Shown: positions 34,948-60,374 of the stretch, one piece after another
Numbering within the stretch: the first letter of the stretch is position 1
Layout: the number at the start of each line of letters is the position of its first letter
Assembly: GCA_002269645.1 (NCBI GenBank)
Contig: NIVC01002701.1
Location: forward strand, 1-64,000
Direction: 5' to 3'
Length of the DNA: 64,000 nt
Source: Macrostomum lignano
Taxonomy: Eukaryota
Made by a program: the position numbers and the translations under genes
Notes under the pieces: model-generated
Databases searched by the model: none
The model's input: the letters and a program-made list of their open reading frames with translations, nothing else
What the model was told of the DNA's origin: nothing

Positions 34948-35345
34948 AATCACCGGTAAGATTCTGAAATCACTGGTAAGATTTGTAAGTCTCCGGTAAG
35001 GTTCCTAAGTCACCGGTAAGATTCGTTAGTCACCGGTAAGGTTCGTAAGTCACCGGAAAGATTTGTTAGTCACCGGTAAGATTTGTAAGTCACCGGTAAG
35101 GTTCGTTAGTCACCGGTAAGATTTGTAAGTCACCGGAAAGATTCGTTAGTCACCGGAAAGATTCGTTAGTCACCGGTAAGATTCGTAAGTCACCGGAAAG
35201 ATGCGTTAGTCACCGGTAAGATTCGTTAGTCACCGTAAAGATTCGTTAGTCACCGGTAAGATTCATAAGTCACCGGTAAGGTTCGTAAGTCACCGGAAAA
35301 GTTCGTAAAAGTCACCGGTAAGTTTCGTAGGTCACAGGTAAGATT
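34948..35345. repeat. 20-bp minisatellite (caccggtaagattcgttagt)n
   Basis: About 19 degenerate tandem units. Confidence 0.93.
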
Positions 35346-36055
35346 CCTAAGTCATAAGTATTATACCTGTTGATTATTAATTGATTATTAATTAATAATT
35401 ACGTGATTAATAAGTTCAGCCCTAGGTTTCCCACAACACCAACATTCGATATAACGATTAAAACATTTCACTGTTTCCGTGAGCCCTTGTCCTTAAAAAT
35501 GATCAGCTAAATGTCAACAAGAGTTGTTTGTCAACCCCGAAATTCTCGCCGTTTCAACTCGCATTCCTACCTGTTAATTTAGGAAGTCTAAACCTGAGTT
35601 TGATTGACAGTCGACCTGTCATTGAGCGATAACGGTCCAACAGCAGCAGATAAGGCCCTTGTAGAGCTGCTGTAGTGTAGCACAAGTCTAATAAACTTCA
35701 ACTAAAGGAGTGTCTAAAAATGACGCAACCCTGTGTTGGACGCAGGCACAGCCTCTTGTACGAGCATTTGATATCGCTCAACACCCGGCCAGCCCCCAAA
35801 CCCCCGGCTGCCCTCCCCAACGCCCTAAAGCATTTCAGGCAGCGGGTGACAACAACACATGATAATTAGCTTCTCTTCGAGCGGTGAGCATGGCTTGGAA
35901 TGATTGACAGCACCTGAGATCGGGCTTTAATCGCGATGAAGAGGCCCCGAGAGATTTGGTTAAAATACCAAAAGTGTAAGACAGATGGAGAAGATACTTT
36001 TGGTCTAAGATCTCTGGGCCACGCACCGAATTCGCCCAGAACCCTTTCAAACAGC

Positions 36056-38143
<2,088 letters not shown>

Positions 38144-38182
38144 AAGATAAAGTAGCGCGTAACTAGACAGTAGGCTCAGTGC

Positions 38183-38380
38183 AAGAGCCGCAGAGTGTGC
38201 TCACAAATAAACAGTCGAAATAGACATTGCACTGGAGCGGCACTCGACTTTTTCAATCCTAGCGCGTAACTTTGAGCACAGTCAGGCTCAGCACTGCACA
38301 GAGCCGCAGAGTGTGCTCACAAATAAACAGTCGAAATTTAGACCTCGCCGGATTGCACTGGAGCGGCACCCTCGACTTTC
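38183..38380. repeat. Local direct duplication (~70 bp, 2 copies)
   Basis: agagccgcagagtgtgctcacaaataaacagtcgaaat...attgcactggagcggcac occurs at ~38185 and ~38300. Confidence 0.8.
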
Positions 38381-39271
38381 GCCCTTCACTCATCCCCACA
38401 TACGAGCGTATAAAAATTCTAACTGGCTCTTCGCTCTACCATGCAGTTAGTGTCGTCTGCTCAGTTGCATAGGCCCTGCTGCGGGCACAAAACACTGACT
38501 GCGCTTAACATAATATGCGAATTAAGTGGCCGGTGGCCTTCCCTCTGTCTCTCCTCTCTCTCTCCTCTCTTCTCCTTTAACAGCCAAGGCAAACTGGGGG
38601 TGGCGGGGCTAAGGGGAGGTGGGTCGCCTTGGGGTAGGAGGGGTTGTTTTGGCGAATAATAAAAAAATCGATAACACCGCAAGCGCACTGAGCCGCAGGC
38701 CCAGTCTGGCCCACTCCTATTGGCTCTGCACCCGCTTCATTCAGTTTTTTCTTTCTCTCTCTCTCTCTCTCTCTCACTCTCTCTGTCTCTTTCTCAGGTC
38801 GTCAGCTCTCGTCTATTTTTCAGGCCTCTAGTTGAAGCTCTATCTCTTTAAATTCATTTCTTTACCGGATTTTCTTTATACATTTATTTTTCTCTCGCCC
38901 GCTGCAAAACAAATAAAGCGGACCAGGAGTATCTATTGCGCGAATTGCGCAATAAAACAAAAAAGTTTTTTTAAATTACACGTGAACCGGAGTAAAAGAC
39001 AGGCCTTGCATACGGAAGTCTTTTCAACTCAGATTATAATTAAAAGCTAATACAGACTCAACACAAAAGGGCTAGTAGCAGGACTTAATCCTTTCGACTA
39101 TTCGACACGGCCAACAGAAATCGAAGCGCAAAATTCGATTTGGTCGGCGCCGATGGGCCAAGCGGAGCGCCGCCTGTCGTTGTTTCTTTTGATATGCAGA
39201 GTTCGCCGTTAATAGTAGTCGCAGGAGCGGCGGCGGCGGCGGCGGCGGCTGCGACCTATCGAACCGATCGG

Positions 39272-50675
<11,404 letters not shown>

Positions 50676-53600
50676 AAAAATGTTGACGACGAGAAGCTCA
50701 TGGAGGATTCGGTTTGTTTTTCTCTGCTCTGGGAGAATTCGAGCGACTAATTTGAACTCCTAATTGTCCTGCGCTATCAGCGTGCGCGAGTATTTCCAGT
50801 GTAAATACCATGTGCGTATTACAGAGAGAGAACGAGAGATGATTGCCTCTGCGTTTTAACAACAGTTTATCTAATACGATGGACCGAGATTTTAGGATAT
50901 CCATATACTAAAAATGAAATAATGTACTATACGTGTAGCTATATACATTTACATTCACGTAACAATGATTGCCTTCCCTTGTCTGAGTGTACATGCATGC
51001 ACATCCAGCATTAAAATGGCAAATCATATTTTTCTCCATCATTCTAATTACTTATTCTTTCAATTTGAATCAATCAGATTAAAGCAGTGGCATTGCATGT
51101 TTTGCTATTTTATAGGAGCTGAATATAGACAGTGAGGCGATCACAGAGTGCCGGTAATTAGATCCGCAAGAACATATTTTTAGCTATTGTAAAAAGTCTC
51201 AGAAAAACTTCCTATTCGCCACATTGTACAATCATTTTTCTGCGTGCGAGACTCTACCACGAATTCTACAGTGCTAATTTGTTATTACCTGTCGCTCGTA
51301 ATATTTTCGCGGTACTAGCCTACTGAAAGATCACGATCGTTGCTAGGATCTATGCAGATACCCTTGTTGGTTTTATTTTTCTCTTAACTTGTTTTTGTAT
51401 CTGTGCTCTTCATCGGTAAAACTTAGTATTGTATTGTTCGCTGTTACGTAAGAGCGTGTTGTACATGCAGCTAGCTATCTGTAGCTATTACATAGTGGTA
51501 TGTGTAGATTATGCTTTCAATTGAAACTAAATGTATGCTTACATGTACTTTAAAAACCGTGACATCGGTTTGGTCTAAAGGACTCGATTAGTGTTGCGTC
51601 CTGTCTACGTGTGCGCGGTATTCGTCTCTGCATACTGTGATTTTTCTCTCGGCGCACCTAATTTATTATTTTTTTCTCTTCACTTACGACCTTAATTGTG
51701 CCTTGCTTTTTCGATACAGTATTTTTCTAAACGTACTGTTATTAGAAACTTATTATAAATCTACTATTTGGGGGCTGACTTGTATGTTCGATTTCTATTA
51801 CATACATACCTGCATTGTATTACTGTTACTAATGACGAGGAAGCTGAGGCACGAATTTTGGTCTCTCGAGATTCGCATTGCATTTTTCCATGCAATTCAT
51901 AAATTGCTTTAACAATATTAATCATACCGTATACTAGAGAGGCGGCATGTACACATGTACATCGTTGTATTAGTCATTTTGATTCGTAAACAATGAAACA
52001 AAATATATAAAGAGCGCTTATTAAAAAACTTTGCTCGCTCGATCGGATTAACGTGCAGTCATTTTTTAAACTTCGTCTATACATTTTATTACGATACGTG
52101 ACTGTCTATATCGTTCTCAATAATTTTTTATTACTTCATTTTATACTCATTTTCTCGCTGATATTGATGATCTAAACCGCCCCCCCTCCCGAGGACTCAT
52201 CGGATGACTTCCCCTACGCCTACCCGCCACTCATTTTTGTCACCCAACCCACAACTGACGTTCCTTGTTGGAAATCACTGCACGGACGATCGTATTTGAT
52301 CTATTAGCTACATCTCCCCCAAGCTATTTCCATATTCTGTCACTGGATTTGCTATGCAACACTACGTGCATTATGTACGTGTATGACGTACATGGCGATT
52401 ATTCGCTGGCGATTACTCGTCACCAAATCGCCACTGAATCGCCGACAGTTTTAAAACAAGCTGGAACATGAAATGACCAAATTGTTTTCGCGAAGCATAT
52501 CGTTTGAAATCCCCAGAGGCAATATTGTGTCAAGAAAAAATCGCCACTAAATCGCTACCTCGCCAGCAATATTCGCCGGCGATTCACTGGCGGCTTTCCG
52601 AGAGGGATATGTGTATTACATACCCTCTTCTTCGTCGTGACGGACCCAATTTTCAGCTAATCAGCAGCTAGGCAGTTGACGTTTTTGGCTACGACGCCTG
52701 CCGAGGATGTCATAGGCCAAGAGGTCTCTGGTTCACGTATCAATGATTGTGATGCGTGATCCTGGCACATACACATCTAAAAATAATTACATGTAAGCAA
52801 CTGTGCAGCTCTTCGACAGTTCGATCACCCATCTGGCTGTGTATCCTTCTCTGTCTGTCCTAATTTCTGGCCAGTCAGAATTCTATAATCGTCACCTTGC
52901 TATTTTCTGTCTAAACCTGATCCTTTAATATATGCTCAACAACATCGAAAAGTCGGCATCACAGAAGATTTCGTCTGTGGTCGCCACTTTTGAGAGAGTG
53001 CAGGTAAATTCTCTCAATCTTTGAAATTGACTCAACTTACTGTTGGGTTCATGCACGGTAAGATGTCGGAATTCCGCGGACTCGGTCGTGGAATCGTGCG
53101 TGAAAAGGAACATTGGCTGGCGAGAAACCAATCGGGGCCCCCGTTGACTCCCGGGAATTCCTGTTCCGTACGTTACATTTGTCTTTGAGGAAGAGTTGGT
53201 TTGTAATCACTAAAAATTAACAAAGCAAGAAATTAACCCTGTGTCACCTGTGTGACGATTATGACGACACAGTCCCAGGATCAAATGACGAAGACGAATA
53301 ACGGAGGCAATTTGTGTAGCGGTAGCACTCAGACTTAGTTGTTATGTTATGGCGGATGGCGATTATTTATTTGGTTATAGGCTCGCTCGCTATAGATTCC
53401 AGTCGGCAATATAAGAGTGGGACTGTGCCTGTGATTTGGTGCTGAATCCGGAACTATGGTACTTTGGGCACTGCGGCAGGCAACGATAATGCAGGCGATG
53501 GATAGCTAATAGGCTACGGCGATGGAGAGGCGATGAAATGGTGGCAATGAGATAGGATAGAGGCAGCACTCTCTCTGGCGAGGAACTTAGCAGTGGCGTG

Positions 53601-54217
53601 GCTTCAACTTGGCAGAGGCGGGGAGAGAGAGAGAGTGCGGGCCGGAAAAAAAAGAGGGTCTAACCCCGGGCGCCCCAGCCAGACAGGACTGATAACGAGC
53701 GGGCTGGGAGTGGGCGCACAAGGAAAGCTTAATTTTAGGCTAGCATAAAATATGCGCGGCCTTCCTATTGGTCGGCGAGAAAACCAACTTGAAAACAGAA
53801 ATTATCGATCGCATTGTACATAGGCTTTACGAACGTCGCGCAATGTTGTTAAAATTCCTTAAGCGCTACTATAAGCAGACGTTAGAGTACGAGACTATCT
53901 GAATGACATTGAATTAGCAATATTATAAAATGGCACTGCTGGCTTTCGCTAAAACGGCCCTTGTCGGAGCCACCTTAACTGACAACGTCACACCTGCAGT
54001 AACTTTGCAAAAATTTAACGCAAGAAAAGATAAAGGTGGCAATAAAAGCTGACAAAATCCTGTGTGGCAGCACCTGATGACTGATAAAAAGCCAAAGAAA
54101 GGCCTCTCGAACCAAATAGGACTTGGAACTCCCAGCGAGGGTTCCTGAAGAGAAGGGAAGGTTTCCCCAGTGAACGGGATGTTAATTAGGCTCGACAGTA
54201 CGACGTACCCTAATAAT

Positions 54218-54555
54218 CCCGTACAACAATCCGACGTCGCACCGACCTCTGAACCGACGTCGTACGACGTCTATGTAACATTACGTGTTTCCTATTGGTC
54301 GGACGTCGGGCCGACGTCGAAGTCGTAGTCCAAAAACTTATTTCGCGCTTCTTTAACATTTATTTTCGCGGGATGAACTGGCAAGCAATACTGTTATGCT
54401 TAATTTAATTATTTAAGGCGAATAACGTGAATTAAGGCGAATTTAATTTTTCGACTACGACTTCGACGTCAGCCCGACGTCCGACCAATAGGAAACACGT
54501 AATGTTACATAGACGTCGTACGACGTCGGTCAGATACGTCGGATTGTTGTACGGG
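54218..54555. mobile_element. MITE with ~110-bp TIRs (CCCGTACAAC...GTTGTACGGG) and a 3-bp AAT TSD; CMC/EnSpm-like by its termini
   Basis: Near-perfect long inverted arms; aat flanks both ends. Confidence 0.85.
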
Positions 54556-56076
54556 AATATAGGCTATTTTGCTTTCTATATTTTATACTTTGCTTCATTT
54601 GGGATTCGTATTCAAGAAGTTCTCGGGTTTTACTGCAACTGCTTTATAGTAAGATGCCAGAAGCAGTAGCTAGTTTTAGCTCGTAGCTAGACTAGCTGAC
54701 TAGAATTTAACTAAAATTGCAGATATAGTTTTAAAAGATGCCAGAGCACGAGATAAGATCAGCTGCAAAATTTGGAATCGCCATGCAGTTCAATCCGCAT
54801 ACGCGGAATTTCTTGCCCGTGCTATTGAACGATCATGGTGATTTAGAAATTGTATGAAATATGTATGTGAAATATGAATTTTCAAATAATTATTACCGAC
54901 CAGTCAGGCATTTCAGCCAAATTGGATTATAATTAGCAATTTCAGTGACAGTTAGCTGGTGCACTTACAAACGCATCAACATATAGGATATTTAGAAAGG
55001 GGATCCCTAGCGTTTCTCATGAATTCCGAAAGCTCGATCATTGGCTGCCATGCCAATTAATAAGAAAATCTTTCACGCCAAATTCCATGGCCGGAATTCC
55101 ACGTCCGTTCCATGGAAAACAGACATTTTTCCGTGAACCCAACTGTACGAGCTCGTGCTACGCCGTGGCAGACTTCAGTTGAGAATTGAACTGAGGGGAG
55201 CGGTTGGACGATCGACGGATCAAAGCTACCCCCACAGTCTTTTCTCGGATCTTTTATTGCAGCATAGTCCAAGAGAAATTGCTCACTGCATGGCGCATGT
55301 GCATGGGGATTTTTCAATGTTGCTGAGTATATGCTAGCGATCAGCTGATGTGTATCATCTCTTTATTAATCAATTTTTAATTTCGCCTCTTTTTAAAGTT
55401 CATCAGCAGTTTTATTTATCGCGAAGGTGAGCTTTTCAGACATGCAATAATCACAGGTCAGACTAGAACCCTTGAGAAAAGGCTTCCGCTCTATTGCGCA
55501 ATTTTGAGTCAATTACAAAAGCACGCATGCGCATTTTTAGCTACACATATAACCCAATTTATAAGTCTGGAGAAATTTAAGGTGCTCTTGCAAAACTGCA
55601 CCAAAAGGTAAGTGCACAACACAACGAAAGTAATCGATCGTCGCGAGCTGTTCTTGTCGGAGCTGTGCAAATTATCTGCACAATCCGGCCAGAATGCACG
55701 TTACATGTACATGTACATGTGCATGTACAGCTCAATTAAGCACATTTTAATCCAGTGCCTGTTTCACGAATTTTGCGAATTGTATTAACAAATCAGGCTG
55801 ATACTGAAGAACGACTAAATAGCTTTTACATACCTTAGCCAAAAATCTAAGTGGTTGGTTCAATTCAATGGTTAGCCTTCACCAGCAAATAAAATGGATC
55901 GGGCCTTAAAGTGAAAAAATACGATATTCAATTTAGGTGCACAGAGCATTAAAAAATCTAAATAAAATAATATTGTGTGGCTTATATTTTAAATAATATA
56001 TTCATTTTTAAAATTTGAATTAGTTAAAATTTCTTTTTTGTTAAACAGGTTTTAATGCCTTACTACTTTTAGCGCA

Positions 56077-56459
56077 CTGGGTCTCCCTAAAACACGCACC
56101 GCCCCGCCCCACAGCGCTACACGTTAAAACAAATTGGACTATAACTGAAGACATTTCAAAATGCGTTTTATGTTAAGCTTTAAGCTTTTATAAAATTTAG
56201 TTTTTTTTACTTTAAAATATTAAATTCGGTGTATAATAAGTGATACAATTAATAATATTAATAAAATAATAATAATTTAATTTAATAATGCAAACAAGAA
56301 TATGAAAAATAATAATAATATTTAAAGTAATAATTAAAGTTTATTATTCTGTTACTCTTACAACAAATAGTTTTCTTTGCAATCAAAATACTGCATTGAC
56401 AAAAATGTTATAATGTGTAGCGGTCGGGGCGGTGCGGTGCGTGTTTTAGGGAGACCCAG
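56077..56459. mobile_element. MITE with ~27-bp TIRs (CTGGGTCTCCCTAAAACACGCACCGC) and an AT-rich core
   Basis: Exact inverted termini. Flanks read as a 4-bp TSD CGCA, or as 6-bp GCGCAC if the termini are TGGG/CCCA. Confidence 0.85.
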
Positions 56460-56677
56460 CGCACTAATTTGACTTGCATGAAACAACCGCAATATATTGT
56501 ACTCGCTCGACTTGACGACTTCTGGGTTCTCCGACACGGTTTAATTGATTTATATTTAGTCAAGTGTAGTGTGTAGTTAGAGCAAGCTGCCTAGAACTGT
56601 TTCTAATTTAAATATGTCACATAGCCTAGGCCTATGCCTATCTCAGTGTATCTATAGGCCTATCTTATGCCATAGGC

Positions 56678-57076
56678 CAGGGGTCGGCAAACTTTTTCAA
56701 CGTATGGGCCAGATGACTGCGGGCCAGAGAGAAGAGAGGGAATAGAGGAGAAAAAGGAAGAAGGGAGGAGAGAGAGGAGATAAGAGGATAGTGAAGACGA
56801 GAGGACAGGTAAGAGAAGCTGAGAAGGGAGGCATGGGGAGATGGAGAGGGAAGAGAGGAGGAAAGGGATAGGTCGATAGGAGAGGGGAGAGGTGGAGAGA
56901 GAGAAAAGAGAAGGGATAGGAGACCCCAAAGAAGTAGAGAGAGGAGAGAGAAAAGAAAAACCTTGAGTTGGCCAGATTGCTGTTGTGAAGTTTCATTCAT
57001 GGACCCAAGGGCCAGACATAGAGGTCTTTGTAGGCTGCATGTGGGTGGCCTGAGGGTAACAGTCTGCCAGTCCCTG
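56678..57076. mobile_element. hAT-family MITE
   Basis: Termini CAGGGGTCGGCAAAC / AGTCTGCCAGTCCCTG. 8-bp TSD ccataggc / ccatagcc (7/8). Confidence 0.8.
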
Positions 57077-60000
57077 CCATAGCCCACTTGGTGCTTATGC
57101 CTAATGGCCTACTATGCAGTTGAAGAAAGTAAATAGTAGGCCCCTATAAATACTGCTTTCATTTTGTTTTTATTTATTTTATTTTTAAGTTCTTAAAAAA
57201 GTTTTTTGTGATTTAGTTGTCTATTAATTTTTTTAAAGTCCGGCAGCTTAAGTCTGAGAATATTCTTTTTGATCAAAATTTAGCTAGGCCTACTGTAACA
57301 GAACTATATATAAAGATTTAAGACCATGCCATTTTTGTAACTTAGTAAGACAACAATTAACAAATGGAACATGTCTTTTTAACTTGAATTTAGTTCAATA
57401 TATTGGGTTGGGGATTGTTTAGCTCATTGCTAAACAATCAATTTAGGACTTGATATTGGCTATCATTTTGTATATATAGCATTGATCCACTCGGTAGAAT
57501 AACAAAGACAACTTTCTAGCTATTTGAGACTATGTGCCATTTAATTATGTCTTTTGATAATCATACATGCAGAACCTCCAAAATTCAGTTGGCCATGTGA
57601 CTGTGCTAGGTGTGTTTCTTTCTTCTTAATAATAATTTCACACTGTCACCAAAAGCTGTCCCAGGGCTCTTATTTATTCTTTTGTTTAGCCTTACTTTCT
57701 GCCACCAAGCTGTTGCTGGGGTTATTCCTCGTTAATATTGCTGGTTATTACTTGCCTTTTACTAGTAGCGTATGTACTTCTATTGGTAACGTCTGTACTT
57801 CTATTGGTAGCGTATGTACTTTTACTGCTAGCGTCTGTACTTCTATTGTACTTTCTGGCCTGAGCAGTCTAATAGCACTGTCTATTCTATTCCTATACTT
57901 CCCCTAATATTATTCTCTCAGTCCTGGGCATTCCCTGGATCAGAGGGTCACAGCTTATGCTCCTTTTCTGCCCTGAGGCGATCTTCTCTCACTATGAAGC
58001 GGTTCTTCTGCCCTGAGGCAAATTTACTATTACTGCCCTGAGGCGGTTTCTCGCTTGTAGCGGATATTAATACTACTCCCAATTTGGGGTTTATACTCTA
58101 AGAAATGAACAAGTCAATTTTCAAGCGATTGCTTCTAAGATTTAGCTCGCTCAATATTAATCGACGAGTCAAGGACGGTTGCTCTCTTGGCCCGCTCGGA
58201 GCTTCTATTTATACCATTTTGCCCATGTATTTAAAACAAAATTGGTTTCGTACAATATTAATTGCATTCACAACATTAAAACAAAAATATTAGCATTTTT
58301 GCGAGAATTCAAATAATGGTCTTTCTAAGAAATAAATGTAACACAAATAGGTTTTTAAAGCATTCATACTGTATTACAAGAAGCCCTTTCTCATGACTTA
58401 GTTTTAACAAAAAATGCAACATAGTTTTTGGCCAAAAATGCAACTTACCTGTCAAAGAAACTAAAGCAAACTTAATACAATTTTGGGTAAATGGCAGGAA
58501 TAACTATTACTGTCCTATTCAGGCTAAATGCCTTGTCATCTAATTAGTACTACATCTGTATTCCTACTAGTAGTCATTTTTGCAACTTACCTTGGTTGGC
58601 CGCCAGATTGGCCAACTCGGCTGACTATTGCCCATGTATGATGATAATAAACTTTTTGCTTTAATATTTCCTAGAAGTTCCTAATAGGTTGCAACTATGA
58701 CATATAAGTTGCTAGTGGATAGAATAGTAGTCACATGATTGCTCTCAGCCAAAAGTGACTTACATGTATGTATGTTACCAATAGAAATGGCCAGGTGAAT
58801 CCTAAGGTTGCACATGTATGTTAAGTACATCACCTTGAGTTGTTGCATCATAGAACCTATTACCAGAGATGAGATAATAGTAAAGAATAATTCATTATCT
58901 ATGATGGCATATGTTATATGTTATATATTAGCATTGTTATTGTTCTAGTAACACAAATAATACTTTCTTTTTTATATGCATTTAGTCCTTGTTTCTTGAT
59001 AATCTTGTTGATATATAGCTAGTTGATATCATATCTGTATACAATTTTGTACCAGGATAGACCTATATCTTGGAATATTCTCTAATATAAGAGAATTATT
59101 CTTTAATTCTCTTAAAATTCCATAAACAATTGATCTTTAGACACCAAACTCAAACAAAATATTGTGTAATTGGAGTGTTGCTCAGCCCAGGATGTTCTAT
59201 TTTATATTGTACAACTAGTTTATATTATTGCTCTTTATTTAGAGACTGCATCTTAGATCTGACAGTGCAACTAAGAAAAAAAACTTAGGCATTATAGAAG
59301 ACCTCTAGTATTTTTCAAAAACAGTTTAGGGAAAGTGCCTTGCAAAAGTTTGTTTATGGCAAAAACTAGGCCTAACCATGTCAAGATTGTTACTAATCAC
59401 TTGGATACATTTGAGTACATACCTGAGTATTTTTTTACTTATTTGGTAGCATTTTTATTCTATACTAATAGCATTATTATATGTCAGTCTAGAAAATGTC
59501 AATCTATTTTGGCATCAGTCAAATAGTCTGGTATATTTTAGTTGCTCAAAATGTGTGGGCACCCTATGAGATATAGTTTTTAGAATGATTCTTTTTATAT
59601 TTCTTAGTAGTTGACTAAGTATTGAATTGCCCAGTCCTTAGACATAACAAAAATTAGAGGGTCATAGTCTTCTCAATACTATATGTAATGACTCAGACTA
59701 GCTATTTATTTTGGCAAGAGAAACATACACTATACATGTATTTCCAAGACCCCTTTGATCTCCCTTGTATTATTACATATTAGTAGTATATATGGTATAA
59801 TTTCTTTCTACTCAAAATATAAGTCTTAAACAATATCCAAGTCTTTAAGTATATGAAGTTAAAAGGTTGCAGAAAAGCTAGAGGATAAAAAGTTTCAAAA
59901 AGGTTAGTTGGCTCACTAGCCAGATTGTGCCTATTTATAATATTTTTAGTATTTAGTCAATTTTTATTTTGAGACACCATTACGATTTTAATAAATGAGC

Positions 60001-60374
60001 ATTATAACAAAATTACAGATAAAATTTTTTTTATTTAATTTTTATGCATGTTTTTAATCTGAATATTATATAACATTAGCAAAATTAAACAAAATAGTTT
60101 AATATTATTATTGACAGTTAAGGATTAGGCCTACAGCAAACATCATTTGAGTAAACTAAAATTAGCACTCGCACAATGTCTAGTCTATTTTGTTAGATTA
60201 AGCAGTTGATTATGTTAGCTTCAGTAACTCTAAAAGAACTATATGCTTGTGTATGCTTTAATCTCAGATTTTTTATGTACTTTAATTTCAGTATATCTAT
60301 TTTATTGAGATTGTCTTTAAAACTCCTATACTAGCTTGCGTTTTTATTTGCTCTTTTTCATTCCTGGTTGCCAG

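Noticed and set aside
34948-35345. CRISPR-like appearance of regular arrays (also 3748-4125 and 41165-41800)
   Set aside because: Head-to-tail units without unique spacers, no cas genes, and a eukaryotic context.
58105-58293. RVKDGCSLGPL resembling the RT motif GVxQGCPLSP
   Set aside because: A single short degenerate match with no other RT motifs nearby.
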